Assembly (NCBI GenBank): GCA_038893995.1
Contig: JAWAQK010000048.1
Coordinates: forward strand, 1-18,778
Length of the DNA stretch: 18,778 bases
Source of the DNA: Candidatus Thorarchaeota archaeon
GTDB lineage: Archaea > Asgardarchaeota > Thorarchaeia > Thorarchaeales > Thorarchaeaceae
Reading direction: 5' to 3'
Under the pieces are notes generated by a model. That model did no database searches, was not told where the DNA came from, and saw nothing but the letters and a program-made list of their open reading frames with translations. The translations under genes and the position numbers were made by a program. Shown in pieces: positions 1-8,999 of this stretch. Numbering within the stretch: position 1 is the first letter of the stretch; every line of letters begins with the position of its first letter.

Positions 1-35
1 CCAGACTTGCGAGGTGACTCCGCCAGAGATTGTTC

Positions 36-536
36 GTTTCAACACGACGATCGTTCTTCTGAAACACACCAATCACGATCTCATCGCCATACATGATCTT
101 GTTTCAACACGACGATCGTTCTTCTGAAACGGGAAATGCCATCTCATATCTGCTTTCCGAGTAGAATTAGTTTCAACACGACGATCGTTCTTCTGAAACG
201 GGAAAGAAGTTGAAGAAGGGAGAAAAGACAGTGAAGGTTTCAACACGACGATCGTTCTTCTGAAACGAGATGATCTTTCGCGAGATCTCTCCGAGATATC
301 TCCAGTTTCAACACGACGATCGTTCTTCTGAAACTGTATGGCATATAGGCATATATATACTTATCGTGTAGTTTCAACACGACGATCGTTCTTCTGAAAC
401 AGTGATCTCTGACCCAGAAGGTGAAAAAATGGAAGATGGTTTCAACACGACGATCGTTCTTCTGAAACTGGGTCCAGATATATGCATCCGGATACCAGAT
501 GACCTAGTTTCAACACGACGATCGTTCTTCTGAAAC
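36..536 (-). CRISPR. CRISPR array, 8 identical 30-bp repeats (transcribed sense GTTTCAGAAGAACGATCGTCGTGTTGAAAC), 7 complete spacers plus a probable eighth at 1-35; array probably continues beyond the window edge
   Basis: Plus-strand GTTTCAACACGACGATCGTTCTTCTGAAAC at 36, 101, 170, 237, 305, 371, 439 and 507; spacers 35, 39, 37, 38, 36, 38 and 38 bp. Minus orientation is supported by the leader lying next to cas2, a 3' 8-nt handle GTTGAAAC, and an ACGA-TCG-TCGT hairpin ending exactly before that handle (Cas6-type cut site). Confidence 0.99.
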
Positions 537-669
537 CCTGTGTTTATGAGCCGAGAGAGGCCTCTACGAGGATGCATATCTCCGTTTCTACTGGCGGATT
601 GTCTCAACCTATAGGTAATGTCTGGTACATATAAACGCTTGCGCATAGGAGAACGGTCTGGCAGTAGGG
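537..669 (-). promoter_or_regulatory. CRISPR leader with archaeal TATA box
   Basis: Non-coding gap between the cas2 stop and the first repeat; minus strand reads AAGCG-TTTATATG at 640-628. Confidence 0.8.
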
Positions 670-933
670 TCAAACGATGCGGGAAGAGCTACCACGTTCG
701 ACACCCATGATCTCCTTCCTGACATTGTGGGGATTCTCTATGACGAAGAAATACACAGCATCGTACTGAGTATCCACAATCTCCATGAGACCTGTCTTTA
801 TGCAGTGTAGCTGGGCCCGTGTGATCACACCCTCGAAGACCGAGTTCTGGATCCAGTTCAAGTAGGTCTTCAGGAAGGCGTTGACTTTGTTCACCCTCTC
901 GACTGCGACGTCATATACTATGATCACGTACAT
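670..933 (-). CDS. cas2: CRISPR-associated endoribonuclease Cas2 (87 aa)
   Basis: MYVIIVYDV and WIQNSVFEG signatures; start moved to ATG 933, which has GGAG upstream. Confidence 0.97.
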   Translation of the reverse strand: MYVIIVYDVAVERVNKVNAFLKTYLNWIQNSVFEGVITRAQLHCIKTGLMEIVDTQYDAVYFFVIENPHNVRKEIMGVERGSSSRIV

Positions 934-1918
934 CGCTCGACTCCTGCTCATCGAAGGCCAATGCAGAATAGACTCGGTCACCCAGGAAGTGCTTCATGAG
1001 TCTGTAGCACTCCAGCCTGATCATATAGCGATAGGAAACCTTGCGCCTCAGTCTTGGGTGCGGGAGAGTCTCTGACATTCGTCCATGGTAGGCCTGTAAG
1101 AAGTCTGCCAACGCATTCTCCTTCAGTCGAAACCCAATCTCCGTGTTGAAGCTGTCCTGGGTGATTATCCCCTGATTCACCAGCCTGACAATGACTGGTG
1201 TGGCGACGAGGGGTTTGAACATGTCTGCCAGGTCCAGTGCAAGCGAATAGCGGCGCTCCAGAGGCTCATGTAGGAACGATATGGCTGGATGAAGATAGGT
1301 CTTGTGTATCTCTGACAGCACAGTGGCATAGATCATCGAGTTTGCCAGAGAGATGAGGCTGTTGAGTGGGTCTTCTGGTGGGCGATATGACCTTGAGGTC
1401 ATGGAGAAGGGGACGCAGATGGTATTGTATGCCCTATAGTATTCGGTCCACATCTGTCCCTCCAACCCCATGAGTTCTGCCACAGACGCACCCTCGGTTG
1501 AGACGAGCTGTATCTCTCTGATGTGCTTGCTCACAGACTTTCCACGCCTGAGATAGTACTTCAATGACTTCAGCATTGCAAGCTGGATGCCTTCAAGGAT
1601 AGCAGTGGCCACCCGAAGTCGCTTCGCCGAGTCGAGATGGTGTGCTGCCTGAGCCAAGACCACCTTGCCTGAGATCAGGTCCTTCTTTGGCATGAGGCTT
1701 CCCACGTATGCTCCGTACTTGTTGAAGAAGTGCACAGGGATGTCCTTCTCCATCAGAAGACTTGCGGCACCACTGCGCACGGACACCTTGCCCAGACAAT
1801 AGATGTCAGAGACGTTGTGGATGGGGAATGCTCTCTTGCCGGTCTCGCGGCTCATGGTATAGATCGTGTTCCCCTCCCTGAACATCATGACATTTGACTT
1901 GATATACACAGGTTCCAC
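911..1918 (-). CDS. cas1: CRISPR-associated integrase Cas1, type I-B
   Basis: HFFNKYGAYVG, LMGLEG, NSLISLANSMIY, ISFLHEP and SLALDLADMFKP; catalytic E/H/D retained. Start probably GTG 1918 (the ORF is open to 1942). Confidence 0.97.
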   Translation of the reverse strand: MEPVYIKSNVMMFREGNTIYTMSRETGKRAFPIHNVSDIYCLGKVSVRSGAASLLMEKDIPVHFFNKYGAYVGSLMPKKDLISGKVVLAQAAHHLDSAKRLRVATAILEGIQLAMLKSLKYYLRRGKSVSKHIREIQLVSTEGASVAELMGLEGQMWTEYYRAYNTICVPFSMTSRSYRPPEDPLNSLISLANSMIYATVLSEIHKTYLHPAISFLHEPLERRYSLALDLADMFKPLVATPVIVRLVNQGIITQDSFNTEIGFRLKENALADFLQAYHGRMSETLPHPRLRRKVSYRYMIRLECYRLMKHFLGDRVYSALAFDEQESSDVRDHSI

Positions 1919-1922
1919 TGGA

Positions 1923-2420
1923 TCACACCCTGCACAGGTCATAGTATGAACAGTTCTTGCAGTAGGGTTTCCTCACCGCGTCGGGCGGACGTTCCAGTGC
2001 CACAATCCTGGGGATGTCATCGAGGATCCTCTGTATCTCCGCCCTCTTCTCGTCGGTCAATATCACAGGGACCCTCTTGCGCTCTGTGGGATAGACCAAG
2101 GTGCCTCTCGCCCGGACCCCCATCCTCTCAAGGTAGTAGAGGTAGTATAGCAACTGATACTCAGCCGGATGCGTCAGCTTTCTCGACTTCTTGATCTCGA
2201 AGATGACGACTCCGCCAGAGGTGGTCTTGAAGTCGATCGCGATTGTGTCATCAATCATTATGTTCTTCTTCTGCCTCTTGAATACGGTCTCGTGAAGCCG
2301 CCTTCCGATCAGGATGTTCTCATCCTCGAAGTTCATGTTGATACCGTGGGCATAGAACCACAGCTCTCTATGACAGGACTGGTGGTACTGCACCATCACG
2401 CCAGTTATGCGCATGACCAT
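1923..2420 (-). CDS. cas4: CRISPR-associated exonuclease Cas4
   Basis: N-terminal CHRELW, RecB-type D-EIK and QLLYYLY motifs, C-terminal CKNCSYYDLC Fe-S ligands. Confidence 0.97.
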   Translation of the reverse strand: MVMRITGVMVQYHQSCHRELWFYAHGINMNFEDENILIGRRLHETVFKRQKKNIMIDDTIAIDFKTTSGGVVIFEIKKSRKLTHPAEYQLLYYLYYLERMGVRARGTLVYPTERKRVPVILTDEKRAEIQRILDDIPRIVALERPPDAVRKPYCKNCSYYDLCRV

Positions 2421-2423
2421 CCC

Positions 2424-4766
2424 TCAGATGATCGTGGCACTGCGCCCCGATGGAATGAATCCTGTGACATCAGAGTACCTCCGTCCGATCTCGTGACGAT
2501 GCACGACCGCAAGCCATCCCAGTGTGGGCAGCGCACCCACATCATCGCCAGGAACAGAGATCATGTAGTCCGTCAGCGATCTGCGTATCTTGAGTAATCG
2601 CTCTCGCCTAGAGAACCGGTCCATCCTGGACTCTAGGACATTGCGATACTCGCGAAGGACCGCCTCGGCCTCGTCGTCCAACTCGACGAAGACATCGACC
2701 ATGTTCGGGATCTGGTCCTCTATCAGACGGACTTGCTCCAGAGAGCTGTAGTCAAGTGACTTGAGAGACTCGATGATGCCCTTGCTGGTATGCTGTTCAC
2801 CCCTCGAGGACACAGCCCTGAAGTACTCGACCGTCATTCTGTGGAGGTCGACGTCCCTCAGCTCTTCATGCTGTGACAGCAGCTCCCTTGTGGCATCCAG
2901 GAGCATAGGATCGTAGATGTAGCTTGCCAGGCTCCGCTTTCGACTGTCTCGATCGTCGAGGACGTATCGTACGTTGAACTGCCCCCTCTCCTCGCTCATG
3001 TGCCGATTACAACGACCACAGGCCTGGACAATAGAGTCCATGGGTGCAAAGTCACGAAACACGATGTCAAAGTCCACGTCAACCCCAGCCTCAACGACCT
3101 GAGTGCTCACAGCTATGCGCCTACCTCCGTCCGCCTTCCGGAGACGTTCAATGCGTTCCAGCCGCTGTTTCGGGACCACAAGGCTCGTCAGAAAAGAGAG
3201 GGGGAGTCCAGGCTCTTCGTTGGCCAGGAAGTCGTAGAGTGTCTCCGCTGAGCGCTTGGTGTTCATGACCGAGAGCACGCTCTTGTCGGGATTCGAACGG
3301 ATTGTCTCGAGCACCTCTCTCTGGAATTCCTCAAGACCTCTTGGCGTGAGGTCGATATCAATGTCGACACGCGACGTCTGTGAGAAGTAGTACTCAGGGT
3401 CCGGAATGGCCTCACAGACATGGTCGAATATGCATGGTTGAGTCGCAGTGACAAGGATGAAGCGCGTACCCATCTCTTCGGAGAGACTCCGTGCAAGAGT
3501 GCTGAAGAGTGACCAGTACTTGTATGGTATCGACTGCACCTCGTCGAGAATGACAATTGACTCTGCAAGACTGTGAAAACGTCTCATAGGTCGGTTTCTA
3601 TGACCCGCCAGCGTGAAGAACAGCTGTACAAAGGTCGTCACGACTATCTCGGAGTTCCAACCCTCGATCATCAATTCAGACTGATGATAGTCTAGTGCGT
3701 CCTCCGTGTTGTCCATACAGTATAACGTGTCACCAATGTGATGATGCTTCAGTAGTGTGGCGCTAGACGGCCCCCCTAGGGCCTGATAGAACACTTCGTG
3801 ATTCTGATCGACTATCGCCGTGAATGGGAGGCAGTAGATGATTCTCGGGACATGTCCGTCGCGGCTGACTCTGTCCCTCAGTCGCTGGGCCATCGCTATC
3901 GAGGTGAGTGTCTTCCCCAGGCCTGTAGGCAGTGTGAGGGAGATGATCCGTTGGTGCAGGTCGATAGAGTCGACGGACCGTAATGCCTCCTGAAACGCTC
4001 TCTGTCTGAGATGGTCAATTGGCCTCGCCGGCGGACCGAACCCATGCACAGTCCTGACCGCGAAATCGGCAGGAAGGACACCCCTTGATGGAATGCCCAA
4101 ACCAGAGGCCTCAAGCTTATCAGCATCGATGAGGAGCGAGTAGAGCATCGACAGCTGGAGCCAGAATCTCAGTCCGGTGTTCTTGCGGATGTCCCTCCTG
4201 AAGGGGGACAACCTCTTGTGAAGGTCCTCCAGGCAGCTGAGGAGATCGTCAGGCTCCACGATCGGCCCTGAGAAACGAGCCTCCAGCATCGCTCTGAGGT
4301 CATCCACGAAACCTGAGTCTATCTGATCCAGCTGAGTCCTGAGCAGTTCCATGTCCCCGTCATTCAGACTGAGACTGTTCAGTGCAGATCCGAGATTCCC
4401 GTGGTGTCTGGCCACGGACAGCATGGCAAACACGGGCAGCATCGAGCTGACGTTCGGGCCGGTCGTCTGACGAATCATCTTGGAGACATTCTCAAGGGCG
4501 ACCACTGCAGACAGCAGACTGTGTCTCGCTTCGTTTACATTATGTGGTCGCCCCCTGATCTTGTTCTGAAATGACGTCGTTGCCTTGCCGTAGTCGTGTA
4601 GCATCCCACAGAGCCATACTGTGTCCACCAGTCTGGAGTCCGCAACATCCTCGGGTAAGGAAACCCGCGCCAGATGTTCGGCCGTTCGGGCAACGGACTC
4701 CAGATGGCTGATGAGCGTCACACCCTCATGTGAGATGACGTCAGATGAGCGCAACAAGGCACCCAC
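2424..4766 (-). CDS. cas3: Cas3 HD nuclease-SF2 helicase fusion
   Basis: HD domain (HLESV, LHDYGK, RHHG, DADK), Walker A LPTGLGKT, DEVQ, TAT, STQVVEAGVDVD, QACGRCNR. Exact start uncertain. Confidence 0.97.
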   Translation of the reverse strand: MGALLRSSDVISHEGVTLISHLESVARTAEHLARVSLPEDVADSRLVDTVWLCGMLHDYGKATTSFQNKIRGRPHNVNEARHSLLSAVVALENVSKMIRQTTGPNVSSMLPVFAMLSVARHHGNLGSALNSLSLNDGDMELLRTQLDQIDSGFVDDLRAMLEARFSGPIVEPDDLLSCLEDLHKRLSPFRRDIRKNTGLRFWLQLSMLYSLLIDADKLEASGLGIPSRGVLPADFAVRTVHGFGPPARPIDHLRQRAFQEALRSVDSIDLHQRIISLTLPTGLGKTLTSIAMAQRLRDRVSRDGHVPRIIYCLPFTAIVDQNHEVFYQALGGPSSATLLKHHHIGDTLYCMDNTEDALDYHQSELMIEGWNSEIVVTTFVQLFFTLAGHRNRPMRRFHSLAESIVILDEVQSIPYKYWSLFSTLARSLSEEMGTRFILVTATQPCIFDHVCEAIPDPEYYFSQTSRVDIDIDLTPRGLEEFQREVLETIRSNPDKSVLSVMNTKRSAETLYDFLANEEPGLPLSFLTSLVVPKQRLERIERLRKADGGRRIAVSTQVVEAGVDVDFDIVFRDFAPMDSIVQACGRCNRHMSEERGQFNVRYVLDDRDSRKRSLASYIYDPMLLDATRELLSQHEELRDVDLHRMTVEYFRAVSSRGEQHTSKGIIESLKSLDYSSLEQVRLIEDQIPNMVDVFVELDDEAEAVLREYRNVLESRMDRFSRRERLLKIRRSLTDYMISVPGDDVGALPTLGWLAVVHRHEIGRRYSDVTGFIPSGRSATII

Positions 4767-5460
4767 CGCCGATGTCGACTAGAGGTCTGCTGAACACACC
4801 TGTTATTGGCCCACCCCTTGCATCGAAGACCAGGTCCACGTATCTCATCGGGGTCCGCTCACGGTCCACGAGGACGGGGACTCTCTCCACCATGTACCTG
4901 CTGTTCTGCTTTACGGACATCTTCACTATCCAGTCCCTTGGTACGGCTGAGCGAACACTGACCTCGTTCTCATGTGTTGCCGGAGTCACATCATACTCAC
5001 CATGCCATGTCACCTGGGCAATGCAGCACGCGGTGCCCAGATACGGTGTGAAATGGCTCTTGTGTGCCACCAACATCTCCCTCAGACGATTCATGATCTC
5101 AGTGTCGTCGACTGAGAAGTATATCCTGTACCTGGGCTCGCGGACGTACTCGACTCGGATCTGAGTGCGTGCAGGCCCGGAGATGTGTGCTGGTGATATG
5201 CCCAGCTTGGTGTTGATGTAGTTGGCCGTGATACGGCTCTTACTTACCTCAGACATGACGGAGATGCCCACCTTGGCCTCTGCCAGCCTGTCAGGTATCT
5301 CAGCACTGGTCATGCCCAGAATGGCACCTATCAGTCCTCGGACCGCACTGGGAGGAGCAATCGAGAAGGTCAGTGTCGACGTCGTGGAGTAGCCCTTTCT
5401 GAACTGTGCGAGTGGGGAACTCACATCGAAGGCAACTACCTTCACCTGTGACACCCCCAT
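4741..5460 (-). CDS. cas5: Cas5 (type I-B, Cas5h/Cas5b family)
   Basis: AQFRKGYSTTSTLTFSIAPPSAVRGLIGAILG and FTPYLG motifs; ATG 5460 is coupled to the cas7 stop (TGATG). Confidence 0.94.
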   Translation of the reverse strand: MGVSQVKVVAFDVSSPLAQFRKGYSTTSTLTFSIAPPSAVRGLIGAILGMTSAEIPDRLAEAKVGISVMSEVSKSRITANYINTKLGISPAHISGPARTQIRVEYVREPRYRIYFSVDDTEIMNRLREMLVAHKSHFTPYLGTACCIAQVTWHGEYDVTPATHENEVSVRSAVPRDWIVKMSVKQNSRYMVERVPVLVDRERTPMRYVDLVFDARGGPITGVFSRPLVDIGGGCLVALI

Positions 5461-6443
5461 CAGAAGTCCATCCGTTCGACTAGAATCCCTCTCTCCTTGA
5501 ATGCCGAAACAGGGTCTGATTCCTCTCCAGAGATGCAACATCTGAGGGCATCGCTCACCGCGATCCGGACCTTGAGTATCTTGTCCTTTATCCGACTCAG
5601 GCAATCAACAAGTGGTCCAATCTCAAGATGGTAGTCCCTTGGATCTCTGATCTCTTGGTCGGGAAGGTCACTCTTGAGACTGATCAGCCGGTCCAAGTCG
5701 CCGTGGTGATAGTGGTTCTCCCTGTATATCACGTCCAGTAGAAGATGGGGCGTCTGACCGACCTTTGAACGTGAGATCAGGTTCTTGGTCCCCGACCACA
5801 TGCCTTCTAGGAGAAGGTCCATGTCATTCTCGGTCATCAGTGTCTGCTTAGCCGCATTCTCATTGACCAGTCCGTAGAACGCTATCAATGAGTAGGGCAG
5901 CACGTACTCCTCGCGAAATGTCTTCTGTCCCTTCCCGGCCTCAGATGCAAAGGCACCAGTCCCCTGGATGAACTTGACGTCCACCTTGTGTAGCGACTGT
6001 CCCATCCTGAACTGGGTTGGTCCGACCAGCACGACAGCCCCCTTCTCCTTTTCGCTCTTCTCAACGGGGATCACGGCTCCGAACAACCTGATGTCAATAC
6101 ACTCGTCAAGGATCTTGTTCCTACCCTTCTCGATCAGTGTCGAGAGTTTAGAGTCCTTGAAGGGCTTTGCGAAGTCGTTAAACCTCGTCTTTGCATCCTG
6201 GATTCCGGACCCGTCCTGCATGGAGATCTCTCGGATGAATATCTCCTTGCCTCGGAAGTCGTGCAGGTAATCGCGTATGGTACGCTTCAACCTCACATCC
6301 GTGACAATGTTCCTCTCCGTGTCCTCGTCGATGCGGGGTCGATTCTCGTCCGCGGGGTCACCGTTCGGATTGACAAACTTTGCATCGTATAGGAACAATA
6401 GCTCGTGCCTGTGTTTCAGTATGTCTTCAGTCAACACTCTCAT
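5460..6443 (-). CDS. cas7: Cas7 (Csh2/Cas7b) backbone subunit
   Basis: NPNGDPADENRPRID, VTDVRLKRTIRDYL, DIRLFG and SRSKVGQ motifs. Alternative starts GTG 6437 or TTG 6434. Confidence 0.96.
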   Translation of the reverse strand: MRVLTEDILKHRHELLFLYDAKFVNPNGDPADENRPRIDEDTERNIVTDVRLKRTIRDYLHDFRGKEIFIREISMQDGSGIQDAKTRFNDFAKPFKDSKLSTLIEKGRNKILDECIDIRLFGAVIPVEKSEKEKGAVVLVGPTQFRMGQSLHKVDVKFIQGTGAFASEAGKGQKTFREEYVLPYSLIAFYGLVNENAAKQTLMTENDMDLLLEGMWSGTKNLISRSKVGQTPHLLLDVIYRENHYHHGDLDRLISLKSDLPDQEIRDPRDYHLEIGPLVDCLSRIKDKILKVRIAVSDALRCCISGEESDPVSAFKERGILVERMDF

Positions 6444-6840
6444 CTCCCTTTCTGCTCTTGAACTTGTAGGACTGATTCAGTCCCACGACGAAACTGAGGC
6501 TCAGCTCATCGTTGTCAGGCCTCTCGTCTGCGGCCTTCATCAGCTCATCAGTCAGCATGGCCTGGATGTCCCTGTAGACGTCAGAGTATCCATACGCCTT
6601 GAGTTTCTCCTCGATCTTTACGTACAGTCTCTTCAGTCGCTTCATGTCGAGGCTCAGACTATGGAGCCTCTTCTCGAAGGGCGCAGATCCTCGGTCGTGC
6701 TGTTGGATGGCAATGAGCCGCCCAGCAAGCAGTCCTATCAGGAAGGCTGCTCGCTGATAGTGTTTCCCAAAGAAACTTGGGTGCGTCTCGAAAATGTCGT
6801 TTGCAATCTCGGTTCGATTCAGCTGAGTTGAGTCGTTCAA
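6427..6840 (-). CDS. cas11: Putative Cas11b small subunit translated from an internal in-frame start in cas8b (137 aa)
   Basis: GGTGAT (6855-6850) lies 9 nt before an in-frame TTG (6840), right after a low-complexity linker (RKGSGDKRK). Internal Cas11 translation is established for I-B, I-C and I-D systems. Confidence 0.65.
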   Translation of the reverse strand: MNDSTQLNRTEIANDIFETHPSFFGKHYQRAAFLIGLLAGRLIAIQQHDRGSAPFEKRLHSLSLDMKRLKRLYVKIEEKLKAYGYSDVYRDIQAMLTDELMKAADERPDNDELSLSFVVGLNQSYKFKSRKGDESVD

Positions 6841-8274
6841 TTTCCTCTTATCACCACTACCCTTTCTATGAGTCTCTATGAATTCTAGGAGCATCAGAGC
6901 TCGCAGAACATCATTCCTCTTCCGTACATCGGGCCGTACGCGCTCGGAGAGCATCAGTTGTTGGAATCCATTCTTCCGTCTACTGTCCTCAAGATAGTCG
7001 AGAGCCCGCCTCAGTATGAGCGCCCTCTCCACCGTCTGGTCCTTGAGCAGTCTGCTCGTCACGTGGATGAATTCCTTGTAGTCCTTCGCCTCTCTACCCA
7101 GTGCGAGTATGTCACGCAAGAAAGAGAAGTCGAATGACATGCCTGCCTGGTAGAATAGTCCTCTGTTATCGACAAGCTCCTTGATGCTGAACAACTTGGC
7201 CAATCTCGATGGCGGTATGTCCTCTGCATATGAGAGAACCCTCATGGATGACTGCTCCATGATATAGAAGAGGAAGTTCAAGGAAACAGAGTCATCCAGT
7301 GTAGACAGGTAGTCAAGAATCTCATTCTCATCTGAGGTTATCCTTCTTCCACTGTGTGCCATCGATATCTTCTGGCCCTGGCCGGCGGAACTACCCGTTG
7401 CGCCCCGCGGAGCAGAGAGAACCTCCAACACGCCACCGATCGCGTCCGGTTCACCTCTCACTGACTGCGGTATTATGTAGTATTTGGCGCCGTAGAAATC
7501 AAACTGGAGTTTCTCATCGAGAAACTGCTTTGATGTCTCCAGTGCGGCTGCACATTGGACGCAGACAGGAAACAACTTCCAACCCCGGGACACATCCAGC
7601 TCTGGAGCAAAACCCTTCTTGTCAAGTGTGTAGAACGGAAGGATATCAGTGACGAAACCATAGACCTCGCCCTCACTCTTGCAGACGTAACATGTCCCGT
7701 GACCTCTCGCTGTCGTCCCATACTTGGAGTAGTAATCCTGCTTCACTAGCTCCAGGAAGATCTTCCTGAAGGGCTCGGACTCACCAATCAGATGAGTACT
7801 ACCTCCGGCATCAAGCTCGATGGTCAGAAGGGTATTGCCCTGTCTACTGCCAATGGCCTTCCGGCTCTGCTCAATATCAGACATTACTTGGTCTTTGAGG
7901 GATGCCAGAAGCCGCCCAATGTCGCCCACATACGATACCTCGTTATCGAGTCCCGCATCTCTGCAACACTTGGGAACCCTCTCAAACCATGCGAGCGTCT
8001 TCTTCGGGAAGGTCTTCTTTACATCTGTTATCAGCGCCGCCGGAGTAGTCCCAGGACCATTGGGCGGGGGCTGACGATAGAGATAGCGGGAGGCAGTGCC
8101 GCGATCAAAGTCGACTATCTTCGTACCCCTGTACGTCCACTGATTGTTCTCACGACTCAGCCGGATGACTATGACCTTAGAGATGACCTGATTGAGGGTC
8201 ATCAACCTGCCGACAACGTCCGGGGCTTTGCCACTAGCGATGATGTCTGCAAGTTCTCGCATCGCAACTATCAT
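6427..8274 (-). CDS. cas8b: Cas8b (Csh1/TM1802-type) large subunit
   Basis: Position between cas6 and cas7; CYVC and CVQC Zn pairs; FYTLDKKGF; helical C-terminus with AFLIGLL and LSFVVG; ATGA overlap with cas6. Confidence 0.9.
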   Translation of the reverse strand: MIVAMRELADIIASGKAPDVVGRLMTLNQVISKVIVIRLSRENNQWTYRGTKIVDFDRGTASRYLYRQPPPNGPGTTPAALITDVKKTFPKKTLAWFERVPKCCRDAGLDNEVSYVGDIGRLLASLKDQVMSDIEQSRKAIGSRQGNTLLTIELDAGGSTHLIGESEPFRKIFLELVKQDYYSKYGTTARGHGTCYVCKSEGEVYGFVTDILPFYTLDKKGFAPELDVSRGWKLFPVCVQCAAALETSKQFLDEKLQFDFYGAKYYIIPQSVRGEPDAIGGVLEVLSAPRGATGSSAGQGQKISMAHSGRRITSDENEILDYLSTLDDSVSLNFLFYIMEQSSMRVLSYAEDIPPSRLAKLFSIKELVDNRGLFYQAGMSFDFSFLRDILALGREAKDYKEFIHVTSRLLKDQTVERALILRRALDYLEDSRRKNGFQQLMLSERVRPDVRKRNDVLRALMLLEFIETHRKGSGDKRKLNDSTQLNRTEIANDIFETHPSFFGKHYQRAAFLIGLLAGRLIAIQQHDRGSAPFEKRLHSLSLDMKRLKRLYVKIEEKLKAYGYSDVYRDIQAMLTDELMKAADERPDNDELSLSFVVGLNQSYKFKSRKGDESVD

Positions 8275-8969
8275 CTATTACTACACTCCACAGGATTGAC
8301 AAATCCGAAGCCAAGAGAGTTCTTCTCGCCGAGGCCGGTCTCCATGAGGAAGCTGTAGAAGCCCTCGAGCCCTGACATGTCCTCTCTTCTGAGCATCTTC
8401 CACACTGAGCCAATGAAGATGACCTGCGACCCCCTTATCCTGACGGGAACCGCCACCTCTTTCCGAAACTCCACCTCATCGAATATGGGTTCATCAAAGC
8501 TTATCCGCTTCCCAGAGTAGAACTCGTACTTCTTGATGGCATTGTCCTTCAGTCTCTCCAGGAAGAACGAAATGTCCCCATGCCGGTCAAGTGAGAAGTA
8601 CTCGCCGCTTGTGGAGTCCCTGTACAGCACGATCGGGCTTCCTGAGATGAATGTGTTTGACAGGCGCGGTCTCACCTTCTGGATCTCCTCGATCTCATAG
8701 TATTCTTTGCCAAGGCGGATCCGAGTCTGGCCAGAGAACCAGTCGAAGACCGTGTCAACGAGGCGAGCGTGAGGCGATGAGACGATCACTGTGCCTCGAC
8801 CCCTCGTGTCGCAGAAGTAGTCGGAATATGTGAAATACTTGAACCGGTCGTCATCATGTGCACGTCCGAACTCACTATCACCAAAGGCATTGTATAGTAC
8901 GGCCTGTATGTCATGCTTATCCGGACGATCGGTCCCGCCTTTACCTCTCACACGTAGTATGACTCGCAC
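8271..8969 (-). CDS. cas6: Cas6 crRNA-processing endoribonuclease
   Basis: C-terminal Gly loop GLGEKNSLGFG and HDDDRFKYFTYS; likely start GTG 8969 rather than 9095. Confidence 0.95.
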   Translation of the reverse strand: MRVILRVRGKGGTDRPDKHDIQAVLYNAFGDSEFGRAHDDDRFKYFTYSDYFCDTRGRGTVIVSSPHARLVDTVFDWFSGQTRIRLGKEYYEIEEIQKVRPRLSNTFISGSPIVLYRDSTSGEYFSLDRHGDISFFLERLKDNAIKKYEFYSGKRISFDEPIFDEVEFRKEVAVPVRIRGSQVIFIGSVWKMLRREDMSGLEGFYSFLMETGLGEKNSLGFGFVNPVECSNR

Positions 8970-8999
8970 ATGCCCACTTGTCCCTGTGGGTGCATCTCT

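Noticed and set aside
16-28. 13-nt identity (GACTCCGCCAGAG) between the edge spacer and cas4 at 2208-2220, suggesting self-targeting
   Set aside because: Flanks do not align; one match of this length is compatible with chance.
374-673. 99-aa ORF across the leader and array
   Set aside because: Translation of CRISPR repeats and spacers; no protein signature.
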